Below, piece after piece: positions 26,365 to 37,800 of a stretch of DNA of 64,000 nt. How positions within the stretch are numbered: position 1 is the stretch's first letter; each line of letters opens with the position of its first letter. The notes beneath the pieces are model-generated. The model had not been told where the DNA came from. It ran no database searches and saw nothing but the letters and a program-made list of their open reading frames with translations. Position numbers and translations under genes: made by a program. This DNA is from Lingula anatina (lineage: Eukaryota; Animalia; Brachiopoda): contig CM120643.1 of the NCBI GenBank assembly GCA_051362555.1, positions 10,168,001 to 10,232,000 on the forward strand, given 5' to 3'.

Positions 26365-29300
26365 ACCCCTGTGAAGTTGATTCCTGGTTCCTTATTCCTT
26401 ATTCGGTTACTTATTCAAATGTGAAGTTGGTTACTTATTCCCGGTTCCTTATTCGGTTACTTATTCAACTTTTTTATGTTTTTTTATGATTTTGATGCTA
26501 GAATACCTGTTTCATCATACTAGCACCCCCTCTTCATCTAGATGACGCCCTAAAATTGTTAAATATACCAATAAAAACACAAAATATAACCCATTCCTTA
26601 TTCAAAAGTCCTGTTACTTATTCGGTTACTTATTCCTTATTCGGTTACTTATTCCTTATTCGGTTACTTATTCAACTTTTTTATGTTTTTTTATGATTTT
26701 GATGCTAAAATACCTGTTTCATCATACTAGCACCCCCTCTTCATCTAGATGACACCCTAAATTGTTAAATATACCAATAAAAACACAAAATATAACCCAT
26801 TCCTTATTCAAAAGTCCTGTTACTTATTCGGTTACTTATTCCTTATTCGGTTACTTTTTTCCAAGGAGCTTAGGCTCTGACGTCATTGTGACAATGATCA
26901 TCCGTGGACTTGCTGCCTGCTGATTGGTACACTATGACATGATTCCCATTTAAATCCATAAAATATGAGATCAAAAAAGCACTTAAAGACTAACTATATA
27001 AATCCAATGATGCCCATTTTTACTATGACGCCAGAGCCCAAACCTCGCTTTGAAAGGGGATTACCCACCCACATGACTAACTATAAACCCACAATAAAAT
27101 CCAAAAGACAAAAGGAGATGAATTTAGGAAATTCTTTGTAATTCAACTTCAGGTTGATTAACAGTATTTTGAAGAGACAAGAATATACAAGCAGTAGATG
27201 AATTAGAAGGGTGTGAGAAATTAAGTGTATAAACTGCAAATAAGGCTATGTTACAATAGTAAAATTGATAAATAAACAGTATTTAATCAAGGGAAGACAT
27301 AAAACCGGTTTTAATTATTGATTAAAACGGAAATTGATGGCAGGTGACTATGAAAGGAGAGGTAGTATAAACCTGTTGATGATTAAATTAACTAGGCTAT
27401 AGTCTGTTTGACGAAACCTTGCTGTCTTTAGAAGCGCAACACTCTATATGAATGTATTCATAAGTTCAAAATTCAACTTTTATTGGAGTTTGAATGGGAG
27501 AGTGCATGTTGAGCAGAAAATATGGGCATAAGTTTGATATCAAGTATTGCAATTTTCCCTTCCTGTCATCTTTAGACTTTGAAATATCCTAGACTCTCAG
27601 TTCTTATACTGCTAATACGATGTAATCTCAAGATTCAGAAAGTATTTGTTTATTAAAATCTGTTGAGGATGAGAGCAGTTGGTGCCCAAAAAACAACCCG
27701 GCAAGTTTTCGTCAAACAGACTATAGGCCTCTATGTCAGGGGAGAGACACGATTTTGGCGCCAAAATTTAGCTTTGAATAAGGAATCGAATAAGTAACAG
27801 AGATGTAGCGCTCGGCTAAATGCAATGAGAGTGAAATTTTCTCTACTGGCGGATGGGGCTCCATCTTGAAAATGATGTGACACTTGTCTGGTAAAATCGG
27901 ACCTTCCATTCCCGCTTAAAAAGCAAAAGTCCCGAATAAGTAGGCCTAGGCCTAACCAGGCCTCCAGAAAGTCCGTTTTTGAAAGAATTTCAGATTTTTC
28001 CATCCAAATCAACTCACCTGGACCTAATACACGCGCCTGGTTCGAAAAAACCGAACTCCGTACCTTTTGAGGCCTATCTGTCACGTCACCTACATTGAAC
28101 ACGGCTGAGGACACGGGTTTTATATTTGGCCGATTTGATTCCAACTTTTTATAAATCGTAATCTACACTGTATAGAGAGGGCCAATGCAGCCATTTTGAG
28201 AGCGCTGGCATTTTCGCTTAAGTTTTGATTTGGCGCCAAGATTTAGCTTTGAATAAGTAACCGAATAGGCCTAAGAGTAGCCTAAATGGCGGCCGCCTAT
28301 GGGCGAAATCAAAAGGGCGCCCGTACATTGAAAATATGCACGGTGTAGATTTTCTCGGCTCTAATCTTCCCCGTGCATGCCATCTTAACGGCATTGCACA
28401 AATAACATTTTAATCATGATATCTCTCAAGCGGTATGAGGTCAATAATATGGCACACCGCATTCGGACAATTCAATACCTGATTGTAAAATTTTACTGAC
28501 TGACCTTGACCCCAGATGTAAACAAACACAGCTGGCGATGATCTGTCAAAAAGAACAAAGTAGCCTAGCAATGGATGACGTTTCATGATTAATTCTCTGT
28601 CTCGAGAATAGTAAAATAAAGTAACAGGACTTTTGAATAAGTAATGGGTTATATTTTGTGTTTTTATTGGTATATTTAACAATTTTAGGGTGTCATCTAG
28701 ATGAAGAGGGGGTGCTAGTATGATGAAACAGGTATTCTAGCATCAAAATCATAAAACAACATAAAAAAGTTGAATAAGTAACCGAATAAGGAATAAGTAA
28801 CCGAATAAGGAATAAGTAACCGAATAAGTAACAGGACTTTTGAATAAGGAATGGGTTATATTTTGTGTTTTTAGTGGTACATTTAACAATTTTAGGGTGT
28901 CATCTAGATGAAGAGGGGGTGCTAGTATGATGAAACAGGTATTCTAGCATCAAAATCATAAAACAACATAAAAAAGTTGAATAAGTAACCGAATAAGGAA
29001 TAAGTAACCGAATAAGTAACAGGACTTTTGAATAAGGAATGGGTTATATTTTGTGTTTTTAGTGGTATATTTAACAATTTTAGGGTGTCATCTAGATGAA
29101 GAGGGGGTGCTAGTATGATGAAACAGGTATTTTAGCATCAAAATCATAAAAAAACATAAAAAAGTTGAATAAGTAACCGAATAAGGAATAAGTAACCGAA
29201 TAAGGAATAAGTAACCGAATAAGTAACAGGACTTTTGAATAAGGAATGGGTTATATTTTGTGTTTTTATTGGTATATTTAACAATTTTAGGGTGTCATCT

Positions 29301-29475
29301 AGATGAAGAGGGGGTGCTAGTATGATGAAACAGGTATTCTAGCATCAAAATCATAAAAAAACATAAAAAAGTTGAATAAGTAACCGAATAAGGAACCGGG
29401 AATAAGTAACCAACTTCACATTTGAATAAGTAACCGAATAAGGAATAAGGAACCAGGAATCAACTTCACCGGGGT
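26365..29475. mobile_element. Foldback-type (MULE/FB-like) non-autonomous DNA transposon with long modular terminal inverted repeats
   Basis: The left end ACCCCTGTGAAGTTGATTCCTGGTTCCTTATT and the right end AATAAGGAACCAGGAATCAACTTCACCGGGGT are inverted repeats. There is an exact 9-bp TSD, ATAGATTTC, at 26356-26364 and 29476-29484. The arms are ~190-208-bp tandem modules (2 on the left, ~4 on the right) joined by TTACTTATTCGG/TTATTCC micro-repeats. Confidence 0.88.
27400..27723. mobile_element. MITE nested inside the foldback element
   Basis: TIRs TAGTCTGTTTGACGAAACCTTGC / GCAAGTTTTCGTCAAACAGACTA (one mismatch), flanked by TA on both sides (TA-type TSD). Confidence 0.65.
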
Positions 29476-29517
29476 ATAGATTTCTTGAAAAAGAGCTATC
29501 ATTTTTATATTTCTTAC

Positions 29518-29871
29518 CTCCTTCACTTCAAGAACACATGTTGAGTGGACACAGTATTTGATAGGTGGCGCAAAGTTAGCATGGAAAACGTTTTAGAATA
29601 CCTGACTTTTTCTTGTTATCATTTGTTCCACATTACAAAATTACGTTAACTGGTGTGACTGGTAGATCATAAGTTATATATGCTATTTATGATGCATTTA
29701 AATACAAAAATCACCCAATTAAACTACTCATTTACCTGTGCCTTATCTTGCCATATACCGCCATCTAACGGTCATAAAGAAAAACAAGCATTGCAACAGC
29801 TGGAGGATCTGTGTCTCTGTGCCTTGTTAGTTGGGTGTTATCATGTAAAAGCCAGTGCTAAAAGACACAAT
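29518..29871. promoter_or_regulatory. Candidate bidirectional promoter / 5' non-coding exon region of the CLPTM1L (-) and ASB-like (+) genes
   Basis: The CLPTM1L ATG exon has a splice acceptor just upstream (exon starts at 25743), so a non-coding exon must exist further 5'. A minus-strand donor GAG|GTAAGA lies at 29517/29518. TAGGTGGCGC (~29562) and CCGCCATCTA (~29758) motifs are present, and the ASB ATG is at 29872. This is inference only. Confidence 0.4.
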
Positions 29872-30170
29872 ATGGAGCTGGAAAGGGACAGCAGATTGAG
29901 GTAACATCAAAGAACTTAAAAAAATAAAAAGTAATAACACACTCGAGTGTCATTTGAATAATGACAAAAAAGTTCCTTACGTACTGTTGCCAACCATGGC
30001 AGCAAACATTCATCAGGAGTATTTTATTTTTCAAAATACCACACATGCTGTCTGTTTTTACTACAATAAATTTTAAACAGGAACACATATTTCAACACAA
30101 CTTAATACTATTGGTTGGTTTAAGAAAAATATTGTGTAAGCAAATAAACTGATATTATTAATTTTGTTTG

Positions 30171-30221
<51 letters not shown>

Positions 30222-32521
30222 TGATGCAAGGAATGAAGGTGCAGATAAAACCCTTGCTAATGAGTCATACAAAACTATTGTAAGTCTTGTTCTAGTCAAC
30301 TCATCAGTTGTATTTTCTTTCTACATTAAATCACTGGAAATACCAAAGTATTAGGACTTTCATGTGCCACCCTTGTTATTTTATGTCAACACCCAGAAAT
30401 AAATTCAGTTCAAATTTACATAGGAGTTATAAAGCATTCTGTGAAGGTATATCTAATATCAATCTTTTGGGATTTGACAGTTTTAAACAAGTTTAGTAGA
30501 GTTCTAAGTGGAGCAAGTGTCAGAATAGTCTCTGTGATTTCCTGAGAGTGAAATTTGGATTGGCTTTAACAAGCCTGAATAAAAGTTCTGTCATTTATTT
30601 AATCAGTTCTACATTAATTATTATCTTTACAGTGGTCTGCTGGATGCAGCATTGAGAAAGGATTTAGAAGGGTTAAAAACCCATCTTGACAGCTCAATGG
30701 AAGTACCAGATGAGGTAGTGGTTTGTGCTGCAAGAGGTAAATAGAATATACACATGTACTTACCAAAATACATGGGGCAGAAATTAAAATAATGAAATAA
30801 ATAAAATATCTGGTATAAGTACAGTGTCGTTAATTTTTGTTACAGATTATTTTGAGAGATTACTGTGTATCTATAAGATTTTGGTTGTTTCTGATTTAAA
30901 ATCATATATCTGTGTTCACTGAACTCATTTGTTATAACTGATATTTCAGGAGGATGGTCTGATTGTGTTAAACTTCTCCTCCAGCATGGAATGGATATAG
31001 ATGCCACAGTCTCGGGGGACACAGCCCTGACCTTGGCTGCAAGGGGTGGACACTTGGACACTGTCCGAGTTCTGCTCGATGCTGGATGTGATATTGATAA
31101 ACCCAGCAAGAATATGCAAACCGCACTGGCTTGGGCAACTTTTTATGGGAACACAGAGGTATGTCTTTATTAATGGGGCCTTGTTTCACAAAAGAACTTC
31201 TAATGGAAAGTTTGTATCAATGTTTAGCCCAAAATTTTATTTTACGTTGACTGTAGAATTAAGTACTAATCCAATGAAATGAATTATGGCTCCTGTTTTA
31301 TACTGTTTTATAATAAGAAAGAAACAGCTGCTGTATATACCAAAAGTGTCTGTACAATAACTGTGAAATGGGGATTTAAATGTTGGTGGAATTAATGCAT
31401 GAAGGCATTTATTTATTGCTTTCATTTGCAGTTAACAAGAACTTTAATATGTAGAGATCCAAAGAGAGATGAAAATTCCAATGCTAGGGGTTGGCTTATC
31501 CCTTCCCCCCTCCTCTTGTATATAAAAAAAGGCGCTAATGTCTCTTTAACAGATTTTATTTTCTTTGAAGATGGTGAGGGAACTACTTGCAAGAAAAGCC
31601 TGCCCGGACACCATGGACACTACACTGAACAAAGCTCCTATTGTTATTGCTGCCACCTATGGTTACACAGAGATTGCCAGTTTGCTGCTCAATGCCAACT
31701 GCGAGGTGAATGGGTACGAGTTTCCGCCTTTGCATGAGGCTGTACGAAATAACTACCTCAGTATTGTAAAACTTTTAATTGAAAGAGGAGCAGATGTGAA
31801 TGCTATAGACCATGGTGGGTATACGCCACTACACCATGCAGCGTGTAACAAAAATCGTTCCGAGGTGATAAAAATGCTTAAAGATAGCGGTGCTAACATC
31901 AATGCATATGACGGCCAGCTGCGTTCAACCCCTCTGGCTCTTGCTATTCGCTGCGGGCGCCATGACAATATCAAAGCTTTGATAGAGGCAGGATGTAACG
32001 TCAATGACGGAATAGAAGGGTTTTACTCTGTGACACCTCTGCTTCTAGCAATAAACCACAATGATGCAGAGAGTGTGCGGTTACTTCTTGAAGCAGGTGC
32101 AGATCCTGACTTACAAAATCACAACACTGGAAAGACACCATTGCTTTTGGCAACAGAGGAGAACCATAAAGAAATCACCAGGTTGCTGATTGAAAATAAC
32201 TGCGATCTTGACAAATTCTCCCCAGTGGCTGTTGCCTTGGAGACAGGCCATTTTGAAATCGCAAAGCTACTGGTTGCAGCTGGGTGTGACCTGTTTCCAG
32301 CTCGAGAGTGGTTACGACAACAGCCAATTTCTACCGAAGACGAGTCCGAGGATTCGGTTATGGAGGATATGGCTTGGCTGATTGAGGCTTGTAATAAACC
32401 CCCAAGCCTCCTGGAACTATCTAGGCGCGTCATTCTGAAAAATCTGAGGTCTCATGACAGCGGTGATCTGATGAATCTTCCATTACCCCATTTGCTCAAG
32501 ACATATATCAACTTGGAATAG
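29872..32521 (+). CDS. Ankyrin repeat and SOCS box protein (ASB-like), 4 exons, ~430 aa
   Basis: Exons 29872-29900, 30633-30736, 30950-31158, 31571-32521 (GT-AG, phases 2/1/0 consistent, 1293 nt). There are multiple ankyrin repeats (GDTALTLAARGGHLDTVRVLLDAG; GYTPLHHAA; GKTPLLLATEEN) and a C-terminal SOCS box PPSLLELSRRVI...LPLPHLLKTYI. The first exon is the least certain. Confidence 0.88.
30174..30221. repeat. (CT)n(CA)n microsatellite
   Basis: Direct dinucleotide run in the ASB intron. Confidence 0.9.
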
Positions 32522-33757
32522 CAGATATGAACGGAGAGTCATGCACATAAATTATTATAGCAAGAAGAAAAAATGCTCAAAAGGGGCCAAAGTAGCAAGA
32601 AAAACTATGCTAGGCTTTACAAAATTGTTGACTACGGACTATGAAGAGTCTACTGTGAAAATGAAAGCAGAGGTTGTTTTGCTGTTACATGTCACTGCCA
32701 AAGAGGATATACGTTCGTTAAGTTTAACAAAAGAGTTAAAAACTTTTATTCGGATAATGGAAAACTGAACATTTTAGTGGTGGTATGGTTATCAATTATA
32801 CATGTGTATGTATCAATATGGTGTTTTTTGGTTTCAGTATTATGACTGTATTTTAGTATCTGTATATACTAATACAGTATTCTGATCACCTGTTGCTGTC
32901 GCCATTCCCGTCCGACGCACTTCCAAACTTTTATCTCATTGTCTAAGTCATGTTTGATATTCAGTATACGGCCAAAAGAATTATGTATAAAAAAATTAAG
33001 ATATTTTTAAAGGAGCAGGATATAAGGTACGCTGTTGTTATCACACAAAAAAACAGCTGTGTTGTAGTCATTTAGCATTTAGAAAAAAAAATCCAAGGGG
33101 TATATTTACCCAACAAATATATGATCTCTTTATATACACGAACACATTATTTTGACTAAGAAATATATGTTATTGTTGAAAATGGTCGTGCTTTGTTGAT
33201 AATTCAGTATTTTATTTGTTTATCACTGATAAGACTTTTCCGACTTTTGTCGGAATTCCGACTTTTTCAGGGTCATATATGTCATTCTTGTGAATCGTGT
33301 ATCCTGGACCCCCGGGCGATTTTCCTACTTTTTCAGTGAGGACTGGTATCATCCCTGGTTTATACTAGTTAGTGTGGGAGTGCATATTATGAAATAACCT
33401 TGTCACTGGAAAGTAGTGTTGTGCTTTCGAGTGAAACAAAATTCATCTTTTGATATCGTGGGACTCTAAGGGTTAGTTTTTCCCAACTAACGAAGTGTGC
33501 ATTATATACATTAAAAAAAAAAAAACTTTTGGTCTTAATATATTCACTTCGTGGAATAGGTCCCAGTTCCAGGCTAACATTAGCTGACAAGCTGCCAGAT
33601 AAAAATAAGCTTTTTATCATTTTCAATCAATTACTTTCAATAATTCCAAATAAATATAAATTTTTGTAGTAGGGTAAATAAAAAATTAAACATAGGACGC
33701 CACATCACATTAAGACACTATTTTCTTTATCCAATACATTTCAACATCGGTCATCTG

Positions 33758-33877
33758 CACCCTGAGTGCCAAAGTTATTGTAAACTCCCCTCTATTCTAA
33801 GCATGCCTCTGCTTTTTCTATCAATGTTGATAAAAGAGGCAAGTTTAATTTTACATTGACCTTTGGAACTCAGGGTG
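33758..33877. mobile_element. ~120-bp hAT-like MITE
   Basis: TIRs CACCCTGAGT.CCAAAG / CTTTGGAACTCAGGGTG. The 8-bp flanks GTCATCTG and GTCATTTG form a TSD with one mismatch. Confidence 0.6.
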
Positions 33878-34205
33878 GTCATTTGTGAAACTCGGCTTAA
33901 TTCTTTCCGGCCGCCCTTGTAACACGAGCGTAACCATGATCTGCAAGCAATAATAACATATTTGTCCCGCAGCCAACCTTTTGATAGACTTTGAAAACAC
34001 ATACGCCTTCAAAGAGGTTTCTATTTGTGTTGAAGTCGGACTTTGATAGACTTGTATTCCACAGATAACAATTGCTAATCTTTGGTAATGTTCTGTTGAA
34101 CTGGGTTACATACACAATTCCTAGCTGTTAACGACAACGGGATGTTTAAACAACTTGTGAGGCGCTCTAACTCCGTGTTGCTCTTGTTGGCTGCGTCTTT
34201 TTCTC

Positions 34206-34207
<2 letters not shown>

Positions 34208-34248
<41 letters not shown>

Positions 34249-34870
34249 TCAAAAGGCTCGTGAAAAGAAAACCGAAAAATTACCCGCAAACCGATTACTC
34301 TTTTAAATGGCATTTGCTTTGAAAATTCCACCTCTTCAGTAATTGTTATTTCAGTAAACTGCCCTCATGCCGAGATTTCTTCCCTTTTCCCTCGTGAATT
34401 ACTCGAAAAACAAGTAAAGCAGTAACAAGTTTACCTAGCTACGGTCCCGCTGTGCAACAAAGTGCTAAATTTCTTTTCTGATTGCTTCTCTTCTGTGAGG
34501 TAATCAGGTAAAATATATCAGATGGTAATTTGCACCCTGGCATATGTATCGAAGTGAACATATCACTGCACGCAAGCAGTCGTATGCAAAAAAAGGGCTA
34601 TCAGTAGCATTTTGTATGATGATGATGAAGATGATGATGATGTTGACGACGATGATGATGTGCCGGACTGATGTGTGTGTGTGTGAGAAAGAGAGAGAGA
34701 GAGAGAGAAGAAGAAGACCAAGAAGATGATGATGATGAAGAAGACGCAAGGAGAGGAACATTGTATATCGTGTTTGTGGGTACGTGTCATTGTGTGTGCG
34801 TGTACATGTTGCATGTGTGTGAGGTAAAACGCACACGCACACACGCATCATCGTCATCACCATAATCATC
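34208..34870. repeat. Cluster of simple repeats: (CT)n, (GAT)n, (GT)n, (GA)n, (GAA)n
   Basis: Direct inspection. These repeats explain the low-complexity ORFs at 34504-34899. Confidence 0.85.
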
Positions 34871-37800
34871 ATACAAAATGTCACTGATAGCAATCTCAAT
34901 GGTACTTCTAGAGAAAAAAAAAGAATATCTCATTTAATAAAATACAAATATTCTCTGTTAAAAGAGGTAAGAATTCCAGTTTTTAAAATTATTACTCGAC
35001 CCAAAACCAAACTACGCTGGTTAAAAAGATCGTCCCTATTCATATTATACTTATAGGTATACCTATAATCGAAGAGGGTACAGCTAGCCTTGATATGAGT
35101 GAAGGGTCAGATGTTACGTCTATTCCACTTACCATCCCACCTTAATTAAATCTGTCTCGATACATCAGGCATAGCGATGTAATTAGATTTACCTTGATCG
35201 GTAATGCTATTTGGAAGGGGTCTGGTTGCCCGCAGCTCGCCTTATCGCCTATATACTACTGGTATAATAAATATACTATAAATATAGAAGGAAGGTCCGA
35301 TAGGATTATATGGTTATTGGGAAGTCTGGGGATAGATATGCGAAAAGAAACATCGTTTCGTACATGTATCATGATCTACGTTTGACAAGTTAAAAATTAG
35401 AGTGCTTACCTGAGTTTTTCGGGGGCGGGCGTGTGCACTATGTGTTGGGGGGGGGGGGGGTTACAACATGATAAAGGTGCACTAGAGAGCATATACATGT
35501 ACTAGTACAATGCACCGAAATTTTAATGGATCGAAGAAAAGAGTTAGCGATATATGCTAGCAGCTCCGTCACTGTTACACATTAATGAAACGGAAAGGGA
35601 AATTGTAAGACGTGACAAAGCAGAGATAATACGTATGCATGTGGTGGAATCAATTAACGTCATGAATTTGCAATTCAAAACGTAAGTGATTAAGTAACAT
35701 CATTCTGAACAGCCAGTCTCCGCAAAAAGTCTGGAGATTCATGTCACGTAATTAACCTTTTTTGTACCTGTCTTAACAAATGGCATGGGTATTATATCGG
35801 TTTTGGTGGCTTGCGCGTGTTGTCAGTGAAAATTTTATTCTAAAATATCAAATACAACGTTCAGACTGTTTTTGCATCACTGTAAGTGTTTGACTCCTTA
35901 CGATATTCTGAACCACGACTCTGGCATGCCATGATGTAATTTCGGGTACTCCTAAATATAATAGCTCTTAAATAACACGATTTCCTTATACTTAAATAGT
36001 GTAGAAGAGTGTATTATGGGCAGAAGTCAGTTTTATGAAACACAGGGTGGTAATCTGTGGCGGGGAGGGGGGGGGGGCATTTACGTGCTGGATAAGAAGA
36101 GTCACCGAGGGTCTGAAACTTAGGGGTGGGGGGCAAAACCAAAGTAATTTTTCAAACATTTCATGTAATTCATCGTAACTTTGTGACTTAAAATCATTTA
36201 ATAATTGGATGCTGCCCTCACAACAGAGGTAATATCTAATCTAAGCACTTGTTTCTTGAAATACCTTGTGATTTCCTAGTGATCATGTAATAATGCTATA
36301 GAGATTTTGTCTAACTAGATCCCGAGTGTTATTACAAATGTTCTGCCTTAGTTTCAGAGATTCACACCCTGAGCTTCAGGGGGCACTGAAAACTCGCCTC
36401 CCTCTATATAAATATATACCAGGTGCTTGGACATAATATATCCAAGTAGGTGTGAGCAAGACTCTGACCATGCAGGGGCGCATTGAGGCCGTCTTCTGGG
36501 TCTTCCGGAAGATTGTCAAGTTTACATTGACGGGTATCTATGTTTTGTGTCGGAAGACGGTCAAAATTGGAGGATGGATCTACAAAGAAAATTTGGAAGG
36601 CTGTCAGAAAATATCTCTGGATCCGTCCCTGCCATGATTAAACGGCTGAAGCATGCTGATAATTCTCTGAAACACAGGGTGGAGGTTATTGGCCTTCAAT
36701 GGAATCGTCAAAGGGAGCATACCCGGGGGAGAATACTTGTATCAAAGCTGTCATGGCGTGAAGGAGTTATTCTGTCTTGCTTTAATTTAAATTAATTTAC
36801 ATTGGGGGGGGGGGGGGGTATAAAGATTAATCTTAATTGGATTTAGAGGAATTAATGAATGCACCGTGAAGATAGGCGAAGGGGTATTTAGCATTGATTT
36901 TGAACGTTGTTGAAGATGCATATGCTGACGAGACGCCGTGTTCAACAATTCCTGCAACATTCTCATATTTACAATGAAAAATTTCACGCTTTCATGGGAA
37001 AACAACCCGATTAGCAGTGAATTTTTTTCTGGGCAAAGCAATACAGAAAACAGAGCAACTTCCGACGAATTGAACAATTTTGGCTAAGTCTTGTTGTTGA
37101 AATTTAATCCACGTTCTTTTCCATCGGCTGGAAAGGCATTTTTGAAAACAATGTACTTCAAACCAATTAAGCGGTGAATTTTTATTAGAAACAGAGCCGC
37201 GTTTCGGAGTGACAAATTCGACATTGTTATAAGCCAAACGCGTGCAGTCGACCGTCCACCAATTTCCTGCAGCGTTTTACTTAGCATGAGAAAAAAACTT
37301 AATCGTCTGCCTTGGCATTTATCTATATATTTTATTCATTCATTTGTTGAGTAAAGTCGCCAAATTTTACTAAGTGCTATATTTGGCAAATATGTGCACA
37401 AAACACCATAGTATCATTCATACAGTTATTTCTTAAAGGCGTTTCATGACACTAAAATTCTCCAGTCGTTATCATAAAAGTAACAGTAAAATAATTTCAA
37501 GACCAGCCCTCCTATTTAGTTCATTTACAGATGCATCGAAAACCTTTTCTCCTGAGACTTGTTTTACTTTACCGGAAAAAAATATTATTGCCAGTTTCGC
37601 TATTTCCCGCAAGAGTAAAACTACACTTTTCAGTTAATTAACACTACCTATAACCGCTTCTGAAATCTTTCCTTGCTTCGTTTGACGTGATCTTTTCAGA
37701 GAGAGAGATCACAAATTACGATAACCTTGCGTGCGTACGAATCTCTTAACAAGAAAAGCAACATTTTGATGTTATTCTCACATGGGGTCATAACATCTAT

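Noticed and set aside
27731-28144. 137-aa ORF inside the foldback as a transposase remnant
   Set aside because: It has a non-ATG start and no DDE, zinc-finger or HTH motif that I can recognise.
26365-29475. Regularly spaced repeats resembling a CRISPR array
   Set aside because: The intervening sequences are identical rather than unique spacers, the arms are inverted with a TSD, the context is eukaryotic and there are no cas genes.
34504-34899. Low-complexity ORFs (poly-M, poly-H, ER/RE, acidic)
   Set aside because: They derive from compound microsatellites. The same applies to 45156-45586 and 59843-60251.
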